Source: Ruditapes philippinarum
Taxonomy: Eukaryota
Assembly: GCF_026571515.1 (NCBI RefSeq)
Contig: NW_026865001.1
Location: forward strand, 1-64,000
Length of the DNA stretch: 64,000 nucleotides
Reading direction: 5' to 3'
The notes under the pieces were generated by a model. The model was not told where the DNA came from and made no database searches. It saw only the letters and a list, made by a program, of their open reading frames with translations. This document shows, in pieces, positions 51,327-63,304 of this stretch. Within the stretch, counting starts at the first letter, position 1, and each line of letters opens with the position of its first letter. The translations under genes were made by a program, and so were the position numbers.

Positions 51327-51850
51327 ATTTGATTTTGCTTTTAGGACAATTTAAGATAAAAATCCGTCATATAGTGTGCATTAACATGAATGACACCTAA
51401 AGATCTTTATTATCTGTATCGAAGCATTTTATCTAATCGTTAACTTTTCAAATTCGGGTTATACCAGTTATATGGATATTCATATCATGAATTTTATAAT
51501 AAATAAAATCATAGCATCTACTCGTCCAATATAGTTGTTTTGTACAAGAATTGTTTAATTGATATTGCTACCAAGTTTGTTTTAGTTTTGTTTATGGCGA
51601 CTTCAGGGTATGCTTTATAATAGAATGCGTTAAATTCCATAAAACGTGACCCACATCTTTCGTTATTTTGTTTACTATCTTACAACGGTAACGGTAACCT
51701 TCACAATCTATTTTGACAATGATAATGGAATGCGAAAATGTCAGTCAGTAATATCCCGTATTGACCTTTCTGTGCCACGATATTTATTGTGCTTCTCTTT
51801 CTGTGGGTGTTTATTCAAACTTTGTAAATGCTAGTGACAACATTGAAAAA
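51327..51850. promoter_or_regulatory. Putative bidirectional promoter (524 bp between the divergent SDR5 and SDR6 ATGs)
   Basis: Head-to-head geometry; no recognisable TE in the interval. Confidence 0.55.
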
Positions 51851-52606
51851 ATGCCTTTCGATTTTAGAGGAAAGAAAGTGTTGGTAACCGGAGCAGGAAA
51901 AGGAATAGGACGTGGAGTTGCTATTGCATTAAATAAAGCTGGCAGTAAAGTGTATGCTCTCAGTAGGACTAAATCAACATTAGATAGTTTAGTGGAAGAA
52001 TGTCCGGATATTATACCGATTGTTGCTGACCTTTGTGACTGGGAGGATACGAGAGAAAAACTAGAACAGCTGGAAGTTTTGGACGGGCTTGTTAACAATG
52101 CTGGTATAGGAGGTCACGACTACGATGCTGTTGATTGTCCTAAAGAATACATAAAACATATACTGGACAACAATCTACTTAGTGCAATAAATTGCTCGCA
52201 GGTTGTTGCAAAGAAAATGATTGAATCAAAGGTCAAAGGATCAATTATAAATTGTTCAAGCGTTGGAAGCTTAGCTGCTTATCCAAGGGCTCTTCCATAC
52301 TCTGTTTCGAAAGCTGGTATGGATATGGTAACAAAGCAGTTTGCTCTTGAACTTGGACCAAACGGAATACGTGTGAATTCAGTGAATCCCGCTGTTGTTT
52401 ACACACCTCTAGTTCAAAATCTGGTAGAAAACGGAACATTGTCATTAGAGACAGTTATTAATAACATACCAATGGGAAGAATTTTAACAATGGAAGATAT
52501 TGTTGATCCAATCATGTACCTTTTGAGTGATCATTCAGCTATGGTAACCGGTCAGATGCATGTGGTAGACGGTGGCTGTATGTCAAGTCTTATTGTTAAA
52601 GTATAA
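51851..52606 (+). CDS. SDR6: DCXR-like SDR, 251 aa (start at MPFDF), inverted relative to the other copies
   Basis: Intact ORF; YSVSK; VNPAVVYT resembles DCXR VNPTVVMT most closely of the six. Confidence 0.95.
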   Translation: MPFDFRGKKVLVTGAGKGIGRGVAIALNKAGSKVYALSRTKSTLDSLVEECPDIIPIVADLCDWEDTREKLEQLEVLDGLVNNAGIGGHDYDAVDCPKEYIKHILDNNLLSAINCSQVVAKKMIESKVKGSIINCSSVGSLAAYPRALPYSVSKAGMDMVTKQFALELGPNGIRVNSVNPAVVYTPLVQNLVENGTLSLETVINNIPMGRILTMEDIVDPIMYLLSDHSAMVTGQMHVVDGGCMSSLIVKV

Positions 52607-53857
52607 AATCCGAACGGATCACAATCATTGTAATTTTTACAGATCAAACGAAATAGTATTGAACAAATGACAAATGTTTGATTTCGAAAAAATGATTGTT
52701 TCAATATATAAAAAGAAATAAAAACTAAAAACAAATGAAACCATTTAAGTGGATTGATTCGCCTATGCCGGCATCTCTGCACGTGGTATACTATTATGAG
52801 TGTCGGTTCTCTGACGATGAGGCATATGATCTCAAGGTCGTTTAATAGATATGTTCAAGGAGCTCCAATGAGGTCAATAACCCTAACAGAAATAAAACAT
52901 AGATAAGCTGGTGCATCTAAAAATATACAAGGACTCGATAGTTTGTGCAATTATAAGCCCCAATTGAGTTCAAAGCGTAAACGCCTTTCTTTTGAGGTTC
53001 ATTACACAATAAAACCATAATTCTTGAATATCGGACTGAGGAATGATATCAATTTTTGCACATATGTGGTTTGTAAAGATTTACATCCAGTCATGTAATA
53101 AAACCTCAGTTGAGTACCTTTATTGTAATGTGTACGACATGCCAGAAATAAAACATTTTGTACTTTGTATAAAATCAAAATTTATATTATTTAGACACTC
53201 ACTAATTTATTTTACATGTATGATTAAGAGTTTATTCTCATTGACGGGTAGTACATACCAAAAGCAAACAAACTAGATTCTAAAATATTATAGATTCTAC
53301 ATGTCTAACCCTATTTATTCATTTATTTATATGCATTCAACAAAAAAGGTGAATTATTGTATTGCATACATCAAGATTTTGTTTGAAAGCCCCTATAAAT
53401 AGTTAAACATTAAATTATACCTAACCAATTATAGCGATTTTGTTTTAAGTCTAATTTCAATAAAAGGAATTTAAAGTAGCTAATTTATAGATAATTTAAG
53501 ATAAAACTGCCTAAATGTAGATTTATTTTTCTTTGCCTAAAATATTTAGCATTTTAGACGATTCTTCTTTACTACGCTTCCTTCAGATAACAACAATTTG
53601 TCATCAGTCATATGCGTTTGCCCAGTTACTATTGTAGAAAGTTTGTAAAAGGTCATATGTGACAGCCGACCTATTGATGATCCAGAGGTCATTATGATAT
53701 CCCATTGATACGTTCTCCAACCATCGGCGTCATACACGGTATCATGTGAACCTAGCTAAAACACAGATTTAGAGACAATATCTAGTACAACCTTTGATTA
53801 GTAAACTTTTATAATGGTTTGCGGTAACTGTAACCCTTCCCACACAAAATGTCTTTA

Positions 53858-54220
53858 AGATCCTGTATGTTGTAATTAAGGTTGTTACCACACTTAAGTA
53901 AAGTCTTATATATATAAAAGTATATTTTAAGTATATTGTTATACTTTTAAAACAAATTTTCAAACATCGAAAAATATGTAAAATTTGAACTGTAAATATT
54001 TGTCCATATTATATGTAATCATTAAAATATACGCATTCATTCCCTATTGAAAAAAAAAATGAATTAGAATTTATAGATTTTTTTTTCTAATTACCTCCCT
54101 TTATTAACATGAAATGTAAATTTGGTAATATCTTTACAAATTATGCTTTTTGAAACTTACAATATTAATACATCTTCATTTGAGAGTAACAAAACACATA
54201 AAAATAGTGTTACAGGATCT
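53858..54220. mobile_element. Kolobok-like non-autonomous element (same family as 5020-5449)
   Basis: AGATCCTGTA...TACAGGATCT|TTAA and shared internal sequence. Confidence 0.7.
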
Positions 54221-54233
54221 TTAATGACATACT

Positions 54234-54758
54234 TAGGGATGTCAAGTTTATCCGTTTGATGGGGCCGGGTCGGTTTATAGCTTAAAACTGATAAGAAATT
54301 GAAGAAACCGGTAACGAGGTTAGCTGAAAACGTTAGAATTTTTAGATTGATTTTAAAAATACATTTGTTTATAATCTTTTGCTTTTAAATCTTTTGCTAT
54401 CTTATCTTGTACGGTACGGTTCTTACGGACAACAATTATCTATAATGGAATGTGTATTGTAATTGTTTTTGAGTACAACACACAATTAAAATTAATGTGC
54501 TATTTTTTATGGTGGCATATTTCTGCCACCAGATAACCATATAACTTACTAGTTAATTAAGAGGTTAACTAGTTACGTAACTAGTTAACCTCTTAATTAA
54601 CTAGATAGGTATCAGGTTATCTGGTGGCAGAAATATGCCACCATAATTTTTATATCAATACTAGTGAAAAAAGATAATGTTTTTAAAATCAGTACTGTCT
54701 GTAAAATGTTTAACACGGTTAATAAGTCACCGTTTAAATGCTGACCGTGACACCCATA
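54234..54758. mobile_element. Degenerate hAT-like MITE hosting the palindromic element
   Basis: TAGGGATGTCA start and TGACACCCATA end; TSD unclear. Confidence 0.4.
54508..54645. mobile_element. 138-bp palindromic IS3EU-like MITE
   Basis: ATTTTT|TATGGTGGCATATTTCTGCCACCAGATAACC...GGTTATCTGGTGGCAGAAATATGCCACCATA|ATTTTT; spacerless central palindrome. Confidence 0.85.
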
Positions 54759-55677
54759 TACTAAAATAAGTAAATCAGGCTTAACAAATTTTATTAAACA
54801 TGTAGACACACCATGAGTAGTTAATATGTGACCTACTGTCAGAGTCAAAGGGTAGCAATGTCAGTCAAATGTGTCTCAAGATTGATAAAGACTTTTTGAT
54901 AAAGTAACCAATTCGGATCTTAAAAATGGCCACATCTTAAGAAAAGATAAACAATTAAAATCAGATGAAAGTCGGAAAAGATTCAAACACATTATCAATA
55001 TTATTTGCTGAAATAAAACAGAAAAAAATAGTTCATAAAAAAACCAAATGTGTGGCGTATTAAAACAAATTATCGTACACTATCATTTATACATGTATAA
55101 CTATTGGGAGCAATGTTTGGACATAAATATCTTTGTTTCACAACAAGTTTTTACGCAACAATAAAATAAAGCAATCGAATTTAAAGCTACATGCCTCCAG
55201 ATGAGTCAAATATTTCAATAAAATCAAACTTGAGATAAAAATGAGCTAAGATGTAAGGAAAAGTAAATATTTTACATATCATGTGCGATGAATGACTATT
55301 TTTCAGTATTTACAAATATGTTTCTACTGCGTTACAAACTCAGTAAAGGCTATTTATGCATATTTTGACCACTTTTTGGTAATTTATGTGGTTTGTAAGT
55401 GGCATTGATAAGATGTAAATTGTTTCCTTTTGGTAAAACTTTGGTAAAACTTTTGGTAAAACTTTGGTAAAATTTTCATGAAAATAATTTATTAGCATGA
55501 ATCTGGATGCGTGCTGCTTTAAGCTGACACAGGAGAGCATGTTGTTGATGCTGGAGCACGAACGAGGCGTAATTTTCGTGACAATAGATTCCGGACATTG
55601 CATCTTTTGATTATTAAATTTTCCTCTCACTGCTGAATCAGAAATACGTTGAATTAGTAATCAGTTTCTTGCGGTAG

Positions 55678-55818
55678 AGTGCCTCCGTGGCCAAAGGACA
55701 AAGGTCGCTGAGGTCCAACCACTTGTAACTCTCCGCTTTGGGTCCGAATCTCGCTAGTGACATTGGATTCTTTAATGCGATGAAGCTACCCAGCTAGCGT
55801 AAGGAACCTCGGTGGATA
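55678..55818 (+). mobile_element. Truncated tRNA-derived SINE
   Basis: GCCTCCGTGGCC A-box-like start, GGTCCGAATC B-box-like motif, then a non-tRNA body GGATTCTTT..GAAGCTACCCAGCTAGCGTAAGGAACCTCGGTGG. Confidence 0.6.
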
Positions 55819-57433
55819 GTTTCGTTGTGACTTAAAACCCACAAAAAAGAACAAACAAACAAATAAGTTGTAAGTTGTCCAGGATATCACTTTTGGGGAT
55901 CGACCACCGAGATATATAGATAGATAAAACTATATTTATTAATTCGGCGTTAAACCCAGAAAAGTAAACAAACAAACAATGCACTTTGTTACCCCATTTG
56001 CAGCGATTATTACAACACATGTAACATTAAATATGCACAGCATTCACATATAATATATACATTATTACGTAACATGAAACATGTATTCTGTACAAAAACG
56101 TATCAGTTAAAATACACCAAAACAACACATATTTTTTAAAAAAAACGTATGAAATTTTTACACTATAAGCATGAAAAATGTACAATATTAGTATGAAATA
56201 TGCACAACATTGATCTGAAATAAGTACAATAACAAAATGTAATGAGTTCACTATTAACATGAAATACGTTCAATGTATCAGCATTAAAAATATAGAACTG
56301 TCTAACACAATCTGCATTTTTTATACATAAATATATTGTTTTAAAAAACATGTAGAACATTCAATTTAAGTTAAAAAATTATCAGTCAGCATGCTTATAA
56401 TTATAGGATTTGTGCAATAATTTGTTTTTCAAACACCTGGATGCAAAGTATCTTAATTCGGTTAACAGAGAGCTACCATCCCACACAATGTAGTGTGAGC
56501 GTTTTTGTTTTAAATAATGACATAAAAGGATAAAAAAAATCACCACAGGCTGGTCCATGTATATGGAACTAGATGATTATTATATGTCTTGTCAGACAAA
56601 GAAAAAACACAAAAATAGACATCAAAGTATTTGCAATGTTTATCCTACTGTGATTTTTAATCGCTGTAACGTTTTATTTCATAAATATTGATTTAAATAA
56701 GTAGGGTAGAACAATTGTGCGCTTGGTAAGATTTTTAACCTGCAATCGCTTGCTTCACAGTATATGATATTTATAAATTTATGTCTCTAAAAAGTGACAA
56801 AAAGAGTAGAATATGTCTTGATAATCCGGTTTAAAACTGACACTTATATAATGAATGTAGTCAGTTTTACCTGCAGCAAACTGTTCTACTCGTTACATAT
56901 TAACGGGTGTGATAATAGGGGTGTTTAAATATCTGTGTCAAGTGAAAATATATGTGTCAATTAAAGCATATCAACTGTGAGGTCACAGTTATCTCACGGA
57001 AACTGAAACTTTTACTTACATGTATATACATATCTTATAACTGCAAATAAATATGTTGATGTTTTAGACCCATATGTATGTGAGCTGGGAGCATAGCTTT
57101 AAGCAAATTTGTATTCATCTGTAATATTCATTTTCAAAAGATCTCAATTTAATCACCGTATCAATTTATAAAAAGAAAAAAAAATCCTGTCTAAAGAAAA
57201 AACGTGTATCTTTTTGAAACAAGCAGTTGTACATTATGAAGGCTCAAACAAATTCTGCGCTTTTGAACAACATCAACAACAACAACAACAACAATAATAA
57301 TAATAAAAATAATAAAACCTGTTTATACGTCGTCCCATGATAGGGCAAGGATGACAATGTAATAAAAAGTGAGAAAAAAATGTTTAAATAATAATATTTT
57401 TTTAAATCTTGCCATATATTATATGATCAGTTT

Positions 57434-60400
57434 CAGGGGCGGATACAGAACAGGGCTGACTTGGGGGGGCTGACATGAAGTGTGAAAACCCCATTGGGTG
57501 GGTACGGGAGGTTGTCCCCTCCCGTAGTGGGGGTTACGGGGCCTCCCCCGGGGAAAAATTTTTGAAAAATGAAGGTTTCTTAAATGGTGCATTCTGGTGC
57601 ATTTTTTGGCCTTTTGTTGCATTCATTATAGCACAGATTAAAAACAAACAGGACAACAAGATGATATACAAAACCTTTATCAATATTTTTAATACATCGG
57701 ATATAAATGCTAAAAGAAACAAGATAACATCTATGAAGAACTACAAAATGATAAACAATCCCTATTGAAAATTTCAACATAAAATATTTGCTTTTATTCA
57801 AGTTTTGAAAATTCATAATTCATCAAAACATGGAGTTTAGCAACAAAAAATAAAACCATGTTATAAAGTATTTGAATAAAAAATGGAACAAGTTCAATTA
57901 AAATTTTACATTTAGTTCAGTAATTTTTGGTTTGTTTTAATGTATGACATGAAGGTTAAGAAAGTATATACACAACTGTAATTTAAAGATAGATATATCA
58001 TGCTCTCAAGTAAGTTAATATTCTTATTCTTAAGAAAACTTGTTAAAAATTTAATGTAAAAATAGATAGTAATGCAAATAATACTGTATGAAAATAAATT
58101 CATATTTATCTTTCCAAAATATATTTTAAATAGAAATGAAGTACCTACTTATATATACATTTATATACACTTAACCATAGCACTAACATTTATATACATT
58201 TTATCAAAGACATATAACATAAGTTAACACATTTTATCAAGCACATGTACAAGATCACAGTACACTTTTCATACAGTGTAACCTGAGCATGATGTTCTTA
58301 TCCTGTTGTTCCTATCATATAAACCACCGCACACAACAGTCTTACTCTAATTGGTTCACAGTACTACACTTCTAATCTGTATTTTAAAAAGGGCCATAAA
58401 TTTTCCCTTTTTTAAGCCCCCTTCTAGGGGTTTCCCTTTTCCCCAAAAAGACCCCAACCCCTGGCAACATCTAGTTTATTCTCTAAAGAATTTCTTATCA
58501 AAAAAGTGAAAACCCGCTGTCTTGGGCCCATTTTAATCTTTAATCTTTTTCACCCAAAACCAAAAGCATTTTCAAATCCTTTCACATTCACTAAAGTTTA
58601 AAAGGAAAAAAACTTTAAAATTGAAGGGCCTGTGGGATATTTGGGGGATAGTTTCTTTTGGGGCCCCTTTTTAGGGTTTTTTGGGTTGGCTGGTGGGGTT
58701 GAATGTCTTTCCATTTTTGTTTTCCCTACGTTAGTTCAGAGTTTAAGGGGTGAGGGGAAAGTAAACTTCGGGGAAAAACCCTTTTAGGTTAGTGGCATCA
58801 AAAGAGTCTGGGGATTTTCACACATATAGGAAGGAATCAAAGCTAGTCCCATAGCAGCCTTCCTCTGTAGCTCACCAAAAACGTTCATTCAATCTGCAAT
58901 AGCAGAGTGTCAAGAAATCCAATGGTCAAGTTCCTCCTGTAATAATCCTGTGGGGTAGAGGCCTCTGCATTTCCTCTCATAGTTGTCGTCCACAGGTTTC
59001 TAAAGTTTAGAAGGTAACAGTCCCTAAATTGTCGGCTATCAAACACTGCTTCTTGGTACCATCTCTGATGAAAAAGTCATTGATGTTAGTGCGGGACGTC
59101 CTGGAGAGTCTCAGTGACAACCTTGACCTCGGCCATAGCTTTTGACAAACATCAACTGCCCCCTGCCTTGAAATAAAAAGCATAAGAAAATAATTCAGAT
59201 TGGATTTACAATAAGTTATCATCTATCTATCTAATGCTTAAGTCAATAACTATCTCAGTAAATGAAGGAAAATGATTCTGAAAAACAATGATTTCTTAGA
59301 GTATTTAATATAAAAATATATCAACAAAGATTAACAAGGGAAAAGCAAAACAGACAAAAAGGAGATAGCACAAGGCTTTATTGCCCTTAATTCAATAAAA
59401 GTAAAGCTATTGGTAGATTTGACAGTCAGATTAGCAACAGCTGATCTTACCTTTGTAAAGGAAACTGTTAGAGGTTTGATGTAACTGAGGACACCGTTTC
59501 ACAACAACCAATACTACGATAAACTGGAATGAGGTTATCGCCAGCAGAAATCCTGATATATCTGCGGGATGTAGTTTGATCTGGTCTCAACAAGACATAA
59601 ATTGAGACATAGCTTCTACCATTGCTGGGGAGAAATCAATGAAGATTCTCTAGTGCATCGTGCCTTTCTACCCAACGTGTTCGACATAACTCCTGAAAAT
59701 TTACATTTTATTAAAATAAGAATTGTTATAGATTAAAATTTAAAAAAAATTAAAAAATTTAGCTAATGATGTAAAAGCAAAATATAAAATTTTAAAAAAG
59801 TGTTCTATTTAAGGGAAAAAAACCCCCGAGAAACTTTGTTTCCCCCTTTTCTTTCTCACCTTTAAACCTGGTCTTTTTTGACTTTACTTTAATTTTTTTC
59901 TTTGGGTTTAATCCTTTTATGCCCAAAAATTTTTCAAAAGTTTTGTATAAAAGGGAAACTTACCTTAATTTTTATTTCCCGAAATTTTCTTACCTTCTTT
60001 TCTTCCCTACCCCCTAAAGGTATTTCTTTCTTTTTTTAAAAGGGTTTAAAAAACAACAACCGGAATAAAAAACAAAAAATAAATTTTAAAAATTCTCCTA
60101 AAAATATCTTGTTTGGGATGAAAAAAATTTAATTTAAAATGAAATTTTAAATGGAACCCATATGTTAATATTTTTTAAACTATAACCTTCCAGAGTCAAA
60201 AATTTCAATAAAAATCAAACTTTAAAAAAATTGTAACATAAAATTTTTTAAATGAATGGCCTTTGACAAGAAAACGTAAATGGCTTCCCTATTGCGTTTA
60301 CTTTAACTATATAAACATTCAGAAGAAATTTTTCACAAAAATTTTCCATTGCAAAAATAAGCATAACTTTTTCTTTTTGATTCATGTTTTAGTTTTCAGT

Positions 60401-63304
60401 AAAGAAAATTGATATCCCAGATTCTTCACCTAATTGCCTTTGATGTTTTTTTTAAAATCACCAACATAAATGTTATACCCTTAATTTCCACTGTGCCCAT
60501 TCATGTTTCTGACCAATGCGTTGTTCACAGGCATGCACCAACATCTTATTTCAGATATGGGCTGACAACCCCCAAAATGGAACGCCGAGGATATTGACGT
60601 TGAATCCTTTTGGTCCAACTCCTTTCACTTTTCCTGTTCATGTTTTCCTGAAATATAAATTAAGTCACAAGTTGGGAGACTTGAAATTCATTTCCAATAA
60701 ATACAAATAAATTTTAATATTTCAATATGTTTTAAAAGCCAATCTCGTAAAATTTAGCATACTTAAAGGGCAAGCAATGACAATTGGGTTTGGCCTGACT
60801 AATCCTAAAATAAATTGCCAGACAAGTCATTAATTGTATCAATAAGTTTATTTCCCTCTTGGTTAATGATACCAGTGAATAACCATCTTTGCATTTATGA
60901 ACAAAATATAATTTTTCAAATTGAAATAAAAACTAACCTGCCCACCGTCAATAGCACTGGCCCCTCATCTGACGTTTTGTCCAAGTCTACACTGTCTAGC
61001 ACACCAATTTATCTCCTCAGACAAAAACCTTTCACCACTTGTGTGCAGAACTGACGTCGACAAATGTCCAAGAACTCCTCTCTTATCTACCTAAAAAAAG
61101 AAAGTAAATTTAAAATCATTAAATGTAAAGTCACTGGGACTTGATGGCAATAAAAGTGATATGAATATAATATGGGCAATTTCTCTCAAGAATATGAGTC
61201 CAAGGTTCAAACCCCAACAACGACAATTGATTGCACAAAAGTTAATGTAATATTACATATCAGCATGCTGAATTTTTTGTATGATTTCTCTATAAATAAT
61301 TTTCTGCTCATGACATTCTTTCTCTCATATATATAAATATATATGGAAGCTTATTTCTATAATGGATGAGTAAGTGTATTATGTATTTACATATCTCAAT
61401 TATAAACAAATATTTTCTTACCAGATTTGTCAGGGAATCTGATGCAGACTGCCAGCTGTTCTTTGTTTGAAACGTCACGTACTTCATCAGCTGAAATGGC
61501 ATAGCAAATAGCCACCATCCTTTACATCTCCCACTATTTTTCTCTTTCACGAATGTCACCCATAATATTCAATCAGATTCATTTTGTGTAGTCTTTGACC
61601 TATATGTTGCGTTTTTAGGGGCTGTATCAAAGTGTTCTTTCAAAAGTGAATCACCAGCGTCAAGTCTGAAACCTCAAGCAGTGTGCTTGGAAAATTTCCA
61701 CAATTCTGATCTTCATGTAAATACTTGGAATCATCACGATGACCACGTAAGGCAATATTCTGTCTAGCACATAACAAACAGTTTTTTAGTGATGGACTGT
61801 AAAACTTTGAAGTTTTTCTCTTCTCTGGCCTTCAGGGCAGTGTTGATCATCTTGGTCACTGCGGCATGTTTGACAACATAGACGCTGTGAACTGTTCAGC
61901 ATGCACTTTGCTGTCCATGTGAGCATGGTATCCATTTCCGCCATCTTTACGTTTCTTTTTCTGTTCTTTGAAAATGGCCATTTGAAAACCTCCAAAGCGC
62001 GCGCTTCCAATTTCTGAAGGGCTCTGATGCTAAACTGACCACGCTTACGGTTGACTCCTGGAAATGTCACACAATAAACACAGTATGCAGCATCTTCACT
62101 AGCACTATAAACCAGTCCTGGAAACTTTGTGAGCCAAGCTCTCTGAAAGGACCGGTTGAATTGGCCACATTGACTCCTTGGAAATTCAAATTTGAGTGGA
62201 GGAGTCCAGTCTTTCTCTAATATGTGCATTTTTTCAGCATCAGTCAGGGACCCTTGTCGTTTCACATATGCACTTATATCGTATGTAGTTCCGACCCTGG
62301 AGTCTGACCTGCAATAATTGTAGAATATTTTGTAGCCAAGTTATTTTAAGGGCCGAGCTGACCCTTGTAAGAACTAAGAAGGGAGAAGATAATGCATTTA
62401 GTAGATTTTTTTAAATATGAAGTGAAATATAATTGAGACATGACAAGACAAAAAAAATTAAGTATGTTCACGAGGTATAATTGTAATTTCCCTGTAAGCA
62501 CTGAAGAACATCAATATGACAAAATTAAAAAAAGCTGATATAATTGATATCTTATTACAATCCAGACAAATCTGTCCAATCAGTTAAATTTCAACTGTTT
62601 GAAAACTTTGTTTGTTGAAGGGGTCAAGTTAAACATTCAAGTACTGCCGCACACAGTCACTGCTACTGTAGGCCTTTAAATTCAGCCCATGGTATAACAT
62701 AAAACATTTTATTCCATTGGCAAACAAACCATGTAACTTACTTTTTTGTATCACCTAGACATTTGGTTGTATCAAGTTTTTGTTGTTTTCTAATTTGACC
62801 CCAGCAGGAATCCAATGTTGCTTGAGAGCGTTTCATTTTGGAATGAATCAATTCAGATCATTTTTGCTTCATTAACAGATTTTTTAATTAAGTGATAAGT
62901 AGCTACAAACTTACCTTTTGATAATAGCCGCAATCTGGCCAGAAACTAACAGTTTTTAAAGAAAATTGCAACTCCATTTTCACATGTAAACAAACTGCCA
63001 AACTTCGCCGCTTTATGTAACTGTTATTTTCATTAGATGATTGTAAATTGATCAGCCAATCAAATACACCGTTTCAACGGTCATGTCAATCAAGCGTGTA
63101 TAACTTGTTGATCGATAATTACACTCTCAACCAAGCCCCCAGGCAAGAGATTAACAATTAGATAATGGTAATCAACTGCTTTGATAACGGAATACACTAC
63201 GGACCATAAAATGCATTAAAATATACCAGCCCAGCTGGAAAACGTATCTTTGGGCCGAGATGGGGGGGCTGCAGCCCTGAAGCCCGGGGCTGAATCCGCG
63301 GCTG
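57434..63304 (-). mobile_element. ~5.9-kb hAT-superfamily transposon (ZMYM1/THAP12(P52rIPK)-type transposase)
   Basis: AGTTT|CAGGGGCGGATACAG...CTGAATCCGCGGCTG|AGTTT; GGGGGGGCTG subterminal motifs at both ends; internal transposase remnants. Confidence 0.85.
58250..62836 (-). pseudogene. Intron-containing hAT transposase, frameshifted in this assembly; 3' end approximate
   Basis: Probable start MKRSQATLDS at 62836; TTF-type Zn finger RSFQRAWLTKFPGLVYSASEDAAYCVYC; ARQNIALRGHRDD; NATYRSKTTQNE; AISADEVRDVSNKEQLAVCIRF (catalytic D); ELCRTRWVERHDAL. GT-AG introns lie between the blocks. Confidence 0.85.

Noticed and set aside
51761-51850. 30-aa N-terminal extension of SDR6
   Set aside because: Non-ATG start and no counterpart in the paralogs; the ATG at 51851 gives the same 251 aa.
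17839-52606. Bacterial origin or contamination of the intronless SDRs
   Set aside because: Motifs resemble animal DCXR, base composition is host-like, and the genes sit among animal TEs next to a spliced gene. A phylogeny is still needed to exclude horizontal transfer formally.
55427-55472. (TTTGGTAAAAC)x4 short tandem repeat
   Set aside because: Too short and isolated to indicate anything beyond slippage; not telomeric.
61786-62265. Domesticated ZMYM1/THAP12-like host gene
   Set aside because: Enclosed by TIRs and a TSD and carries multiple frameshifts, so it is a transposon copy.
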